Numbered from the stretch's first letter, positions 25,398 to 38,579 are shown. The stretch: 64,000 bases of DNA from Podarcis cretensis (GCA_951804945.1 OX638154.1:59148001-59212000), one strand, 5' to 3'. Program-made: numbers and translations. The notes: a model not told the origin generated them from the sequence alone.

Positions 25398-27014
25398 GGA
25401 CTTCCGGGTTGGCGCCATCACCGAATGGCGGGCTCCCTCCGAGCTCCGGAGGGAGTCTGCTCGGCAGGGGCTGGGTTCTACCGCGCCGGCGACGCGGGGA
25501 CCCTCAAAAACCATGGGCGCTGAAACCCATGGGCATGGTGACTCGGCGGGCACCGTTTGCGCCCCCCCCGACCACGCGAAGGAGCCTTTTTAAAGGCTGC
25601 GGAGCGGGTGACGGGGGTGGTGGTGCTGTGAGTCCTCCGCTTCCCCTGCCGAGCGAAGCCGCATGCCATTTGGCGGAGAGCACTGACTTCTTCCATTGAA
25701 AATCTGGACTTAAAAGAATAACCCGTGAGTAATTGGAACTTGGATTAAAAAGGGGAATAAATTTTTTCTTAAATTCGGAGCGAGCGGGGGAGGTATAAAA
25801 AGGAAGTCAACCTCCCCCCTGTTGTAGAGGAGCTAAAGCAAAGGACCTGACAACTAAGATCGAGTGCAACCTTTTTTTTTGATAAAGTTATTAATTTCGC
25901 GATGGAAAATTATAAGCTGGGCTGGAGGAGGAGTGGAATGTGAATTAAAATACAACCCCCCCCCCCCGGAAACCCCGGGAGCGATCCGTGAGAGCGCCTG
26001 GAGAGGAGAAATAGAGGTTTTGACAGCTGTCAAAGGAGCTGCCAAAACTGAAGAACAAAAAGAGAACTTTGTTACGAGGACTTTGCTGGTTACATTTGTT
26101 ATAAATTGGATGTAAACTGTTTAAAACAAGGAATAATAAGTTACTTTGACTGGTGGGTGAGATCGGGAATGAAACTGAGTTATTATAATCCCTCTAGAGG
26201 AGCTGTGGGTTATTACAAGTATCGCTGGCATGGAATTTGAATCGGACTTTTTATCTCCTGGGAAACTGCAGAAATTGAACACTATTTTGTCTACAGAGGT
26301 CTACACACTAAAGGAGACAATAGATTTATCTATTGAAGAATGGAAGGGACTTGACGTAATGTTTTGTTCCTGAATAACAAAGCCTCTGTAGAGGAATTAC
26401 AAGCTTTTTGGAATTAGAACATTTGTGCAGGAGAGCAGGGGGGAAAAAAAAAAAGAGGAGAAGAGAGAACAACAAGAACAACAAGAACTGGACAAAGTTG
26501 GAAGATAGACCCCTTCCAAGATTGGACATTTGAAATTAAAGATGATTAAAAGACGGTAAAGACTATTAAAAAGACGGCAAAGCGGACTGGTGAAGGATTA
26601 TGGCTTAGTTGTGGGAGCTCCAGGAGACAGTAGATATTGATGGACATTGGGAACGCAACCGGGAAAGGGGGGAGGGAAATTTGGAATCCAAAGGGTGTTA
26701 AATTATATTTTATTCTTTTTTAAAAAAATTTTTATGTTAATCTGTATCTTATATTAAAGAGGGGAACTCGTGGAAGGGAACAGGTCGATTTTAGGGGATG
26801 GGAAAATATTTTTTAAATTGGGTTAATGATAATAATTTTAAAATTTGGGGTAAGAATTTGCTGAATCTATTTGAAAGAACTGGAATATAAGAGGGGGTGG
26901 GGAGGGGCAAGTCCTGGAAAGATGATATTGAAAATAAGGCCTTAAATTTGGATGTTTTTCTTTTTTTTTTGTTATATTTGAAAATCTTTAATAAATATTA
27001 TTAAAAAAAAATAA
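25398..27014 (+). mobile_element. 1.6-kb non-autonomous non-LTR retroposon (L1/Tx1-like 5' end, poly(A) tail)
   Basis: Perfect 17-bp TSD tacagagaatcactctc (25381-25397, 27015-27031). Starts GGACTTCCGG, with a CpG-rich first ~300 bp. AATAAA at 26990 and an A-tail at 27003-27014. No RT/EN-sized ORF. Confidence 0.85.
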
Positions 27015-27730
27015 TACAGAGAATCACTCTCTCCATGTCCTTGTTGGGCAAACTTGGCGCGTAGATTATAGGTTTAAGAGTATGCTTGTGATCAAGGACA
27101 TAGGATGATAGGGTAAGTTAATGCTGTAAAGGTTAAGTGATGCCCTGGTTATAAAGAGAAGTTTTCTCTGTTTCCAAACATACATCAGTGAAACTGGGAA
27201 GAATGCTTCAATGTTCCTCTATTGCTACTTTTCACATCTCCAAATGGATTTGGTAGGCAGGTACCATGGGCTCAGAATGTTTTGGCTTGGCTTGCTTTGA
27301 GGCAGATTTATTTTACAACTTTGAATACAAGTTCTACTGCCGTCTCTGCTCTTTGATACAACATTTTTGGCGTGACAGCACCAGTACATTCCTTACCTCA
27401 CAGAAGTGTTGTAGCATTACATAAAATGAAGATATTAAGCAGAACTACTACACTGAGTACATAAGAGACAGGCTATGAAACGACGGAATGATCACACAAC
27501 TCATTGGAGGAGGTCTCATTGAGAAAAGAGGAGCAAAGTCAGATAGTAAATAAACATCTAACTGATAGTATGTGAAAAATTGTGCTAATCAGTAAGGACC
27601 AAACCAGGATCACTAGTACAAAACTCTTGTATAGTATGATGAGCTGCAGCAAGCCCAAAGAGGACCACTGCAAAAAAAATAGTTTCATTTTCAAGTAATG
27701 TTGACTTGTTTAGGAAAGTTTTTAATGACT

Positions 27731-27802
27731 GATGTTTTAATTTATTTTTAATCTTTTGTTGGAAGCTGCCCAGAGTGTCTGGGGAAAAAGTTGTTGTTGT
27801 TG
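27731..27802 (+). mobile_element. L2-like 3' end fragment
   Basis: ttgttggaagctgcccagagtgtctggggaaa is homologous to the copy at 13500. Confidence 0.65.
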
Positions 27803-30376
27803 TTTTGCACAAACCAGGAATCCTGCCACACCATGAACTCTGGTTAGCTGAACAATCCTGCTTCATAATTCATGCTTTGTAGATTGTTTGTTTTGAAATT
27901 TACCGGAGTTTGTAATATACTAATATTCCTCTTTCCTAGGAAAGGGAAAGCTGCTGTTGTCCTCCTTCCTGCTATAATTTTTTTGGGGGGAGGGGAGTGA
28001 GGTGGGGGGTGTTGCATGTGCATGAGTCTAACACTTGCCTTGGACTTACTGAAGTTCATCCAGCAAAGCAGATTGTTACTGCCAGTGTATTCGTTGTGTC
28101 AGTGTGCCTTTACATAGCATACCGCCTCTGTTTGCCCTATATTCCTAATCTCCTACATACATGAAGAGCCTCTTCAATGAACCCTCTCCAATCAAGTGTG
28201 GATTTATTAAGTGTAGGGGAAAGTGCAAATGTTATATTGCCAAGTTTACAAATGCATATCGACACCCGCTAGCACAAAGCTGCAATACCCCAAATAATAG
28301 AAAAGCTGTTCAGCATTGTCCCTGACCCTAGAAATTTTGAAAACTCCATTATGCCAAGATGAAAACCATGGTACTTTAAAAACAAACCAGGTGATAAGAT
28401 TAGGTAGAAATATTTCTATAGGTCCTTATTCTTCCCAAACACATGTGAAATACTGCACAGCAGAAGAGAAGATGACAAAATACTTCAATTTTCAGAACTG
28501 TTAATAAATGTTCCGTGGCCCTTCCACCAAAAAACCAAGACTAAAATTGCATTTACATCATATTGTGTGTTTCTCACAAGAATGATGAATGAGCACGTTT
28601 GCACTGAAGAGCCAAACAATATGGTTTTCACCTCCCTGATCATTCTCTGCAAGGCACGTACAGCGCAAAGCAGCAAACTGAGGAGCGATAGCCTGTTATT
28701 TTCATCAGATGATGCTAAGTGCACGCTTCACCTCCTCTTTTCTCCATATTGCAGCCAAAATACTCGCTTACCCTGAATGCTTTGGGGTAAAGAAAAGAAA
28801 AAAGAAAAAAAACCCAGGCTGTGCCGCAGTTGTCAGTTACTTTTAGCGAATCTCCCTTTTGAAAGAAAAATAAAACAAACTTCCAAGAATGGACAGGGAT
28901 TTGGCTTGTGTAACAAGTTGCCAAAGGAGGTGGGAGAAGGAGGAGGAACATGCAGTCCATTACTTCAGAGAGAATGGAAGCTAAGAAACACACAAATATT
29001 AAAAATGGACAGCGCCAACTGCATGCCGAGATGAAGCAACATTAAAAGTTAAAATTAATTAGCTGGCACGTTGACAGAGAATCCATTGTGCAGTACAGTG
29101 AAGCAATCGAAAGTTCGGAGCCTTATATAAGTAATATTGAAAAACTCCTTGATAGCTGCAGGTAAGGACAGACATGCTGTTGGACATGCCACAACACCAA
29201 CCTGGCTCCAGCAAAAGGTTTTGCAACGCAGCTCATAAGTCCGAGTCCCAAAATACTCTGAAGAAAACATCCAGCGATGAACAATACTAGGAACACAGAC
29301 AGAGCACAGGCTCCAGACGTTTGCCAATACCAAATGTTCTAGATCAATTACAGTACAGCAATTTATTTTAATAATGATGGTCAAAAAAATGCTTCCGAAC
29401 ATATCAACCTGCATCAACACATCTATTTAAAAAACTAGCTTTAGTTGCCTTTCGCTCCTCAGAAATATCAACATGCAGCAAAGCTACTACAGCAGCAACA
29501 CCTCATCTACACTGTGGGTCTAGGAAGCAGCATGTAGATATTCTGAGATATTCTGAGATACCTGAGATATTCTTCTGAAGCCCGTGGCAAATTCAGCCCC
29601 AATGTGCAAAGAAAAATGGAGCAGCAATGTTGCAAATACGTATGTGGCATTAATTGATTTCACAATGGAATCAAGCACCTGTCTGATCACAACATTTGTT
29701 TGAAAAGGCAGATTAAAATGCAAACTATTCAAAGTAGGCCATACTCTTCAGCTAGACAGGTAGGTAATTGGGACCTCTAATTAGATACCAAAGGGGGAAC
29801 CTAGAGAACTTCCCCTTCATAGTATAGATTAGGTAATCACCTGCAGACTGAAAGATCACATGTACAATTGTGGTTAAGAAAATATTTCTGCAGAGAACAG
29901 AGCTTGTGACTTCTCAGTGCAAGAGCATATTTAGGTTTATAGCTGGAGGTGCCCTAACCTTGGAACAAGATGAGGTGTTCTGTGTGGCAGACTCCACAGG
30001 GCACAACCTTCCTACCTCTGGTCATCGCATTGGTCTTATTTTTAAAAGAGAGTATGTGTACACAAGTATAAATGCGTGCACATTATTTCCCATGTGAAAC
30101 ACAAAAATGTCTAAGGCCAGCTCTCTTTTCAGCAGACGATTTTTTTTTTGTTTTATTTATTTAAACAAATTCATATGCTGCTTTATTGTAAGAATATGTA
30201 TGTAAACTGTTTTTTCTTAGCAGTTTACATACATATAAAATTTAAATCGCCAGGGGAAAAACCAGTTTAAAAACGGTATCAAAGAATATTTGAAAGATTT
30301 TTAAAATGAACATTAGCTAAAAAGAAATAAAACACATGTACATATGAGGGACAGTCACATACAGAATTATTACGAG

Positions 30377-30511
30377 CAGTGCTTTTTTCTGGGGGGACGC
30401 CTATCCCTAAACATTTTGTAAATCTAAGTTTGGCCTCATTGAGGGGCAGTATTTCAATGGGAGTAGGAAAATGAGAGTAGCCCTAAACTTCTTTTTTAGA
30501 AAAAAGCACTG
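30377..30511. mobile_element. hAT MITE, family D (135 bp)
   Basis: TIR cagtgctttttt / aaaaaagcactg. 8-bp TSD attacgag / attaaaag. Near-identical internal sequence at 33006. Confidence 0.88.
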
Positions 30512-32834
30512 ATTAAAAGTCATGATTTTCATCAGAGTAACAAAGAATTGTTTGCATATACTGTACAGTATACCAAGAGAAAAGACAAAAGTTGCTGTTG
30601 TTGTTGTTTTGCATCTTCCAAGAATAAAGAACAAATATAATTCAATATCATCCAGTGCATAACAATAGGTCTCATTGTACATATACTCAAGACTTCTACC
30701 AGACACAATTTAGAGGACAAATTTCCACTGTGGCTCACATATTCCAAACCATTATCATGCTGGAAGCAGCACAAGGCTCTTTTTAGAAGTTCCTCCCATT
30801 ATCTCCAAATGTACCTTATGAGCAGACGTATTCTATTAGAGTTTAGAATTATGTGGCAAAAACCTGGTCTAGTGCTTTGTTTCCTACACAAAATTAAAAG
30901 GGTGATCGTGTCACAAAGAAGGAGCGTTTGGGGTGGGTGGGGAGGATAAACTATTCTTGTTCAAGGATCACACAGCAGAACCAAGACTTCCGGCAACTTC
31001 CTCTGAAGAGTCCCAACTGGATCTTCCACTGCAGAGAAACAGGGGGACAGAAAGAAACCGGCAAACAAAGCCTATTTTAGGCCTGCTTTATCATGTGCTG
31101 GAAGGCTTCACCTAATTCAAAGAGGTGACTCAGTCACAGTTGAGGATCTGGGATGAAAAAAACACTTTGCTACACCTTGTGATCGTCAAAGCCAGATGGG
31201 TAGGATGCTAGAATGCTATGAGTGTGATTTATGCTTGGTTGCCGGATTCAACTCCTGTTTAAAATTTGTGGGTGGAGGTGGGAAGAGAAAAGCAGATGGA
31301 AGAACCAAGGTAGAAACTTCTTAATCAAGACAATTGTGGTTTTTTTTTAAGTAGTATTACTTTCAGGTATAATTCATTCCATGTTGATGTAAGAATCTCC
31401 TTGTTTCTTATGTCATGCAGTTTTTTTTAAAAGGAGCACAAAATGGGAAAACAATTAACAGGAGAGGACCAGAAGCAGCCACCAACACATATCTATTAAC
31501 ATAGCAGGGACACCTGTATTGGGCTCATCTCAGCCATGTGAAAGTAGCCTTCGACACCATCAATATCCGCTCCATTACACCTTGTACAAATGAACAAAGA
31601 TGTGCACTGCTGCCTTGTTTAACCACACTGAGCCTCTGGGAAGTGCTATTATTACACTGAAACTAAGTGATCGTCAAGTCTAGAGGCCAGGTGAGTCTAG
31701 CATAAGTTAACTAGCTAATTTCCTGTTGGGACACTTTTCCCACCACCTGGCTGCCTCTCCTCACAATGGCTCCTTGCAGTTCCACCTCTACATAGGACCA
31801 AATTTCAGAAAGGAAGGCAGCTTCTGGTTCACAGTGCCACCTTCCCTACAAGACTATGGCTTCAAGTTATAAATTCACATGGATCTTCAGTTCATGGGAG
31901 CGGCTGCATAGAACTCATTTCCTGTATTATGTAAAAATATGTTATTGGGTGCACACTCTGGCTTTAAAAAAAATGGACTGCAATAAATTAGGGAGTAATA
32001 ACAGAAAGCAAGAAGTCCATTCTTCTTTTTCCAAAAACATTAGGTTCCCCTTAAAAGAGAGTAAGAGTTTGGGGGGGTATTGACTTGTTTCTGTTTTATT
32101 ATGTATTTTGTCTTCTCATTTTGTATTTTTCCATTGTCAACTGCCCTGTGATCTTTGATATACAAATTTAGTAACAAATTTAATAAACAAATGAACAAAT
32201 TATTCTAATCCAGAAAGTCATGGGGATGGGAAGGGAAAATACTAAAAGTAAAGTATTGAAAATTCAGCTCCACAGGTATTTATTTATTGTTTAAAATTCT
32301 AAAACACACTTCAACCTGATGCATTTTAGGGCAGCATAAAATATCATGGCAAATCCTTTGTTATCTATGAAAATCTTTCCATAAAAACGATTTTTAAAAG
32401 AAAGAAGCTGAGCAATCCTATGTCTTCACATCATCGTGTCCAGTTGTTCAAGCTGTCCCAGTTGCTAATGCCACTGTTCACTCAGTACCATTTGCATTCA
32501 AATCTGCTTCCCATCTTCTACTTTTCTAAATATATAATTTCCTAAGCGCGTGCATGCACACACACACACACACATATATGACTCTTCTGCATTAGACAGC
32601 TCTACCTCTTGCTATATAGAGAACAGTTTCTCAACATCACTGCAGCACAAACAGGTATTTCTAGTATAGACACATTGGCCCAGCACAGACATAGCTCTAA
32701 ACCATGCTTTGAAATTAAAATCGGAGTTTGAGGGTGGTTTGCAGACCTACATTAAAGTTAAATCCAAATTACATTAAGCATAGTTGACACCAGGGCTACC
32801 ATACCACACAATGGTGGACAAAGCCAAAGAGAGA

Positions 32835-32897
32835 GGGGAAGGGAAGTGAATGGAAGGGAAGGGAATGGAAGGGAAGGGAAGGGAAGGAGGGAGAGAG
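32835..32897. repeat. (GGGAA)n-like purine repeat
   Basis: Seen directly. Confidence 0.9.
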
Positions 32898-33005
32898 ATA
32901 TCCTGAGAGTCAGTTTGAGATGTTTTGCAAAAGGCAATGGACAAAGATACTAAATCCTAAAACTTAAATCATGGAAGATGAGGTTGCTATCCCTACACAT
33001 ATATG

Positions 33006-33158
33006 CAGTGCTTTTTTTCAGGGGGTAGGGAACGGATGGGTACACATACCCCTAAACATTTCGTGAATCTAAGCTTGGCCTCATTGAGGGGCAGTATTTC
33101 AATAGGAGTAGGAAAATGAGAGTACCCCTAAACATTTTTAAAAGAAAAAAAAGCACTA
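33006..33158. mobile_element. hAT MITE, family D (second copy)
   Basis: Same TIRs and body (ctaaacattt...ggcctcattgaggggcagtatttcaat) as 30377. Confidence 0.88.
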
Positions 33159-36100
33159 TATATATATATGTGTGACCAAAGTCTGGCATTATTGCATCTG
33201 CATCGGTTCACTCTGTTTTAAAACCCACACTATGTGCAATTGATACAGGAGAAGTATACAGGGATGGCAGTTTGTTCTTTCCTAGGTAGTGCATTGGGTA
33301 TCTTTCTCTCTAATGAGGTTGTTGTCAGTGTCACTAATTAAGCAACAATCCATATCGGCATACTGCGAAGGAGATACACATCACCAACTTACTACCTGCT
33401 GCAAGTCTCAGAAGGGGAATCCTCAAGGTGGCATGATTTCAGCTATGGCTGAAGAAAAGGACTTCAAATCCATCCAGGGTTAGAGGTTTCTGAAGACCCA
33501 GGAAGGTAATAATATAGTCATTTCTTGTGGTCAGACTTTTAGATCTGTAAATTGAAGACTTGGTTTTCTTCCAGAGATGGTGCTATTGTAAGGCCCTTCC
33601 TGTACTACAGAAAGTACTTTGCAACAACTCTGCTGTAATTACAAGATTGGTTTGGCAAGTGTCGATGACAGTAAACCAGATTATGGGGCTTTATTGCAGC
33701 TTAACCTACTGTGAACCAGCTATGCGCCCATCATCTGGCAGTGCCACCCAACTGGCACACTGAGACAACCAGAGAAGTTTGAGGGCATCAGCAGTCAGGA
33801 CACTAAGCTACCAAAAGCAGGATTCAGACACTGTAGCATTAACATCAACGAGAGCTTCAATTTCAATATGTGGTTTGGAACCAAACAAGTAGGTCCCCAA
33901 TAAATCTAAAATGTCACTGATGAATCCTCTCTACAAAAAGACCGAAAACATATTTTAAGTACTGTATGCTATACCTTATAATATCCCATGTGCACATGCA
34001 AAGATGTGAAGTATGAATTGACCCCAAAGATAGCATGTTTGACAGAAAGCTGGCAACAGCAGAAGAGCTAAAGAATCTTGGTCAAGCCTGAACAGATGCT
34101 TCAAGCGGTGCCTCCATCAATTCTCATGGAATTGGGTTATTACTCATATAGCATTTGCAAACAGGAGAACTTGGGGGGTGGCATTGAAGCCTCTTTTCCA
34201 GGGCCTTGTTTTTCCACATGCTCTGCTAAATACACATGTGGTCTCAGAACAGGCCTACTTAAAATTCCAAGATGAAAAGAGGGACCTTTCTTCCATTGGC
34301 AAGGATCCCTCTATACAACTCTATACTGCAACACTTAGAGGTTCTCCCTAGAGCATAACACACTCTCTGGAGCCAAATAAAAGGAAGCCATAGCAGTAAA
34401 AAGAAAATCAGAGAAACCTCCTCCATGGTGCCCGTGGTGCAGACATGCGCCTTAGCATGCAAGCTGTCAACAAGGAAAGCTGTCAACAGAAGAGGTAGGA
34501 GACTATGGCAGAAATGGCATGTGAAATGTTTACCTAGTCTAAAACAGAAAGTCAGTGTGATCATGGCCTGGAACAGCAGTCCTAAACATATCTGGGTCCA
34601 GGACACAACATGAACCTCATAACCTCAACATGAAAAATGGAAGACAATTTTACTCTTACCTATCCTTGCTTCCTATCTAACCCGTCAACCATCCATTTCC
34701 TCCTCTCTCTCTCAGCATTGGTATGAACCGCTATAGGTCAGGTACTCATCCTGTGTCTTGACTCACAAGTTTGGCCAACTCCCTAAGGCAAGACCAACAA
34801 CCTCCAGGTCCACCACAGCATAATCGGGTAACAAGAAACCACTGCATTCAATGAGGTCCCTGATAGAAATCTTGAAAGTTTTATCAGCTGATCATTCCTG
34901 AACTCTGAGAAAGGGATTAATGGGACAGGTGAGCAACCTGCAGATTTTGGCCACTATCCCTGTGGCCCTAGGGGTAAAAAGGCTTCCAAAACCCTGGATT
35001 AAAATCTACAACATACCAATATTCAAAATCCCACTTACAGAGACACACTTACTCTGCAAGCAAGCTGTTTGTATTCTACCTACCATATGGTCAAGGAACT
35101 CAAGAAACAAACTTTCACCGGACAGTTTGTTTATTTGCATACATATAAGCAGCATCAGTATCTGTCTATCTTAGTAAACCTGGTTTTCTGCTGATGCCCA
35201 CCTAATGCTTCCACCAGCAAGGAAACATCAAGCCTGGGACACAGATAAAGTGGCACCAAGGACTTAGGGTTGTTGTTTAGATAAAGAAACAATAGAAACA
35301 GACAAACCACTTGAAAAACTTTTATGAAAAATAAGCGTTTTTCCTGTTCTACTCAACTGGGTACATAGCGCAAATGACAAACATGCAAATAGAAATCTGC
35401 AAGGACATAAGATGAACCCCCTCTATTCTTCTCGGCCTTTCCCCACAACTTTTTTCCATTCAGTTAACTGGGCTCCTCCAGGGAGATATATGTCATTCCT
35501 GGCTACTGTGTAGTTTGTTGAGAAAATCTCAGGTATATTCACTGCAAACAACACATTTATTTTAAATATTTTTACTTCATTCTTCTGCCAACAAAGTTCA
35601 CCAGGTAATTTATATAAGCCCATTCCCATGAGTTCCACTCAAGACTAACCATGTTTGGCTCCCATAGCTCAAGACAGCAACATCAAGCAAAAGCATTATG
35701 TGTTTGAATGTAATCCTAATAAAACAAAAACAAAAAAGTAGGGGAGTCATGACTGGTTGAAACTGAGGAACATACCAGGAAAGGTTGAGAAGATACCAGG
35801 CAAGGAGGATGCAGGATCTGGCTCATTAACTGGAAGAATATTTCCATGTGATTACAAGAGGTGCTAAATGTCATTGCAGGTGGCCTCCTGCAGTCATTTT
35901 GTATACATTCCAGAAGTCAGAAACCCAGTTTGAACAAATAATAGTCCATGTGCATGCAGCTTAGGATCATGAAGGGACACTATGCTTATCATTCAAGATT
36001 TCTGAACTGCTTTTCATTCAGATGAAAGTGGTCTACAATGCATTAGTTCAGCACAACTCGTACAGAGGTGCATGGGGTGAGCAACAGGGCACTTATATGG

Positions 36101-36388
36101 AATTGTTCACAGCAGCTTTTCAGACCTTCACAAAGTCAGGATAAAATGCAGCAGCATATGAACAGGTTAATACAGAGGGCGCCATTCTCAGAAACAATCA
36201 CTCTTATTAAGAGAGCTCCAGGGTTGTGTGACCAATGGAGATCCTACCATTCGAGAAGGGTCTGGAAGGACCACAATATATGTTAAGGTGAAGCTATTTC
36301 AGCAGTGGCTGAGGTTCCTGGGGAACCTCAGGAGCAGTGGCCAAATATGGCTCCTCCAGTCCCCTCCTGGCCAACACGCACAACCAGA

Positions 36389-36629
36389 TGTCATGGACTG
36401 ACTGGACACAAAGGAATGTGGAAGGCACCAGCTGGGGAACCCCCAAGGGATGAAGGATCAGAGCCCAGGGAGTGGTGGTGGGATGACGATGAATTGTCAA
36501 AGGGGACCTTCATTTTCTGCAGCTGCCTCATAGGGGCAAGACCTCTTGAGAAGAGTTGCTGTGCTCAATAGGCCTGGTTCCCCTGAGCTGGTCTGGTTTC
36601 TGCTAATCAAGAGCCTGCTCCATGTGACA
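36389..36629. mobile_element. Solo LTR, shorter relative of 14911-15340
   Basis: TGTCA...TGACA termini, 5-bp TSD ccaga/ccagc (4/5), and shared internal motifs. Confidence 0.72.
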
Positions 36630-38441
36630 CCAGCTATGCTGCATACTCTCTCCTCAGCTGCTTTTGTCTAGATGGAATGTGCTCTTGAACTGTGACTAAG
36701 CCTTTTGCTTGTCTGAATGCAGAATGAGAAGATACAGCGTGCAGAAACCTTTGGCCTTTGTATGGCAGGTGCGTAGCCTACTGCACCAAAGTCACAACTG
36801 TTACATGGCTCGCTTTTCAGCTCTGGCCCCAGCCACCACAGGCATGTGGACCCCAGAACGCTGCTCAAAAAGATTGTGGCCCCCAGGCTGAAAAACTTCC
36901 CCTGGACAAGATGTTCCAGCAGAAGCAGGGCTGTAGTTGGGAAACGCAGCACACTAATCCAGTCTCCTTGTGCCCATGTCCTGTGTTGCTTCAAGTTTCT
37001 CCACTGACACTCTACTTGAGTGCCTGCTGCTTATGGGGCAGGAAAACATATGGGGAGACACAGGCCTGATTTCCAACAGCAGCCCTACCAACTGCCAAAG
37101 TACCAAGAATAGGCTATTTACAATGCTAGTCCCTTACATACTGGACTGTGTAAAAATAATTACACCCCCCTCCCAAAATGCATGCCAGCAGACCCCACAG
37201 CAAATGGAGCTCGGCGTTTTCATAAGAATCCAACAATATGCTATCTATATATAGCCTGAAGCCTATTAGGCCTTTTGCACAATTGCTAGCAGAAAACCTG
37301 GAAGTTTCTTACTTTTAACACCTGTGCCCGATAGGCAAATAAATAGAAAACGCCAGCATCAAAGTTCAATTGGTTGCAACTTCCCCATGAATTGCTGTGC
37401 AACTAAGCTACAGTTCAGAAGCATCTTTTAGAATAAATACAGAAGTCACACACCAGGGTGCGAGCAAAGTTAAGCAACACTGTTCATCCACATTGCGCTG
37501 TGTTGACAGCTTGACTTTATTTAAGTTTTTTTTTTTAAGGAGCCGGATGATAGAGCTTGCTTTTGCACCCCCGTGAGGCAGGATTCACATACAAGCATAG
37601 CAGGCAAGACAGTGGTAGTTTAAAGATATATATACTTTGCTCCAAGGCGTGAGGGCAGAAAGCAGTAACTCTTTATAAATTAGAAACGTCTACATTCAAC
37701 CAAAATGCAAACAATTTTACAAAAACACATGCACGCGCACAATTAAAAAGAGGCACAGCAAGAAAAGTGAAAAGCAAGAAAGAGAGTCGACAGAAAAAAG
37801 CCTAGCTAATTTTCAATGCACAAGATCAAATATTGCAGGGTGCACAGAGAGTTCGCTCATGACACAGCCAGAGGTCTTCCTTTGGACTTTATCTTAACAT
37901 TACAGGCTGCCGAGTCATTGCCTTTACAGCAGGCATCAGGAGCTGTGTTTTTTTTTAATAAAAAAAACACACCCATCCCTTGGCAATGATGGGCCTCCAC
38001 CTCTCCATCGTACACCTCCCTCCTGCCTCTCTTGCGAGGAAAGAAGGGGGGAAGAGAGAAAGAAAAAGAATGGAATACAACCCTGGTGATGCACCCAGCA
38101 GAAGTGTATGTCAGCAGGATGGCATGAGTGAGCTGCGTGGGCAACAGCCAGCACCCAAGAGGAGAACTGACAGAGCACTTGTAAAGGGAAATGGGGGAGC
38201 GGGAGAGAGAGAGAGCGAGAAAGAGAGAGAGAGGGAAGAGAGAGAAATATTCTTCATCTTCTGTGTTTTTCTTTGTACTCCCACTGCCTCCCTTCCCCCT
38301 GCTTAATCCCCAGGGCAACAATCAGTTATGCAAATAAGCCCTCCCCCACCTCCTTCCACATTCTAGCCTGGCTGCTCTACATCTGCTCTAGGTCCTCCAC
38401 TCCCCAAGCTGCAGCTACCTCTCTATTGTTCAGGCCTAGGC

Positions 38442-38579
38442 NNNNNNNNNNNNNNNNNNNNNNNNNNNNNNNNNNNNNNNNNNNNNNNNNNNNNNNNNNN
38501 NNNNNNNNNNNNNNNNNNNNNNNNNNNNNNNNNNNNNNNNNNNNNNNNNNNNNNNNNNNNNNNNNNNNNNNNNNNNNNN
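38442..38579. other. Assembly gap (138 N)
   Basis: Run of n. Confidence 1.

Noticed and set aside
25304-25699. 131-aa Gly/Pro/Arg-rich ORF
   Set aside because: It starts outside the retroposon and crosses the TSD. The open frame reflects stop-poor GC-rich sequence.
29007-29016. REST/RE1 site (GGACAGCGCC)
   Set aside because: Only the right half-site is present; there is no TCAGCACC left half nearby.
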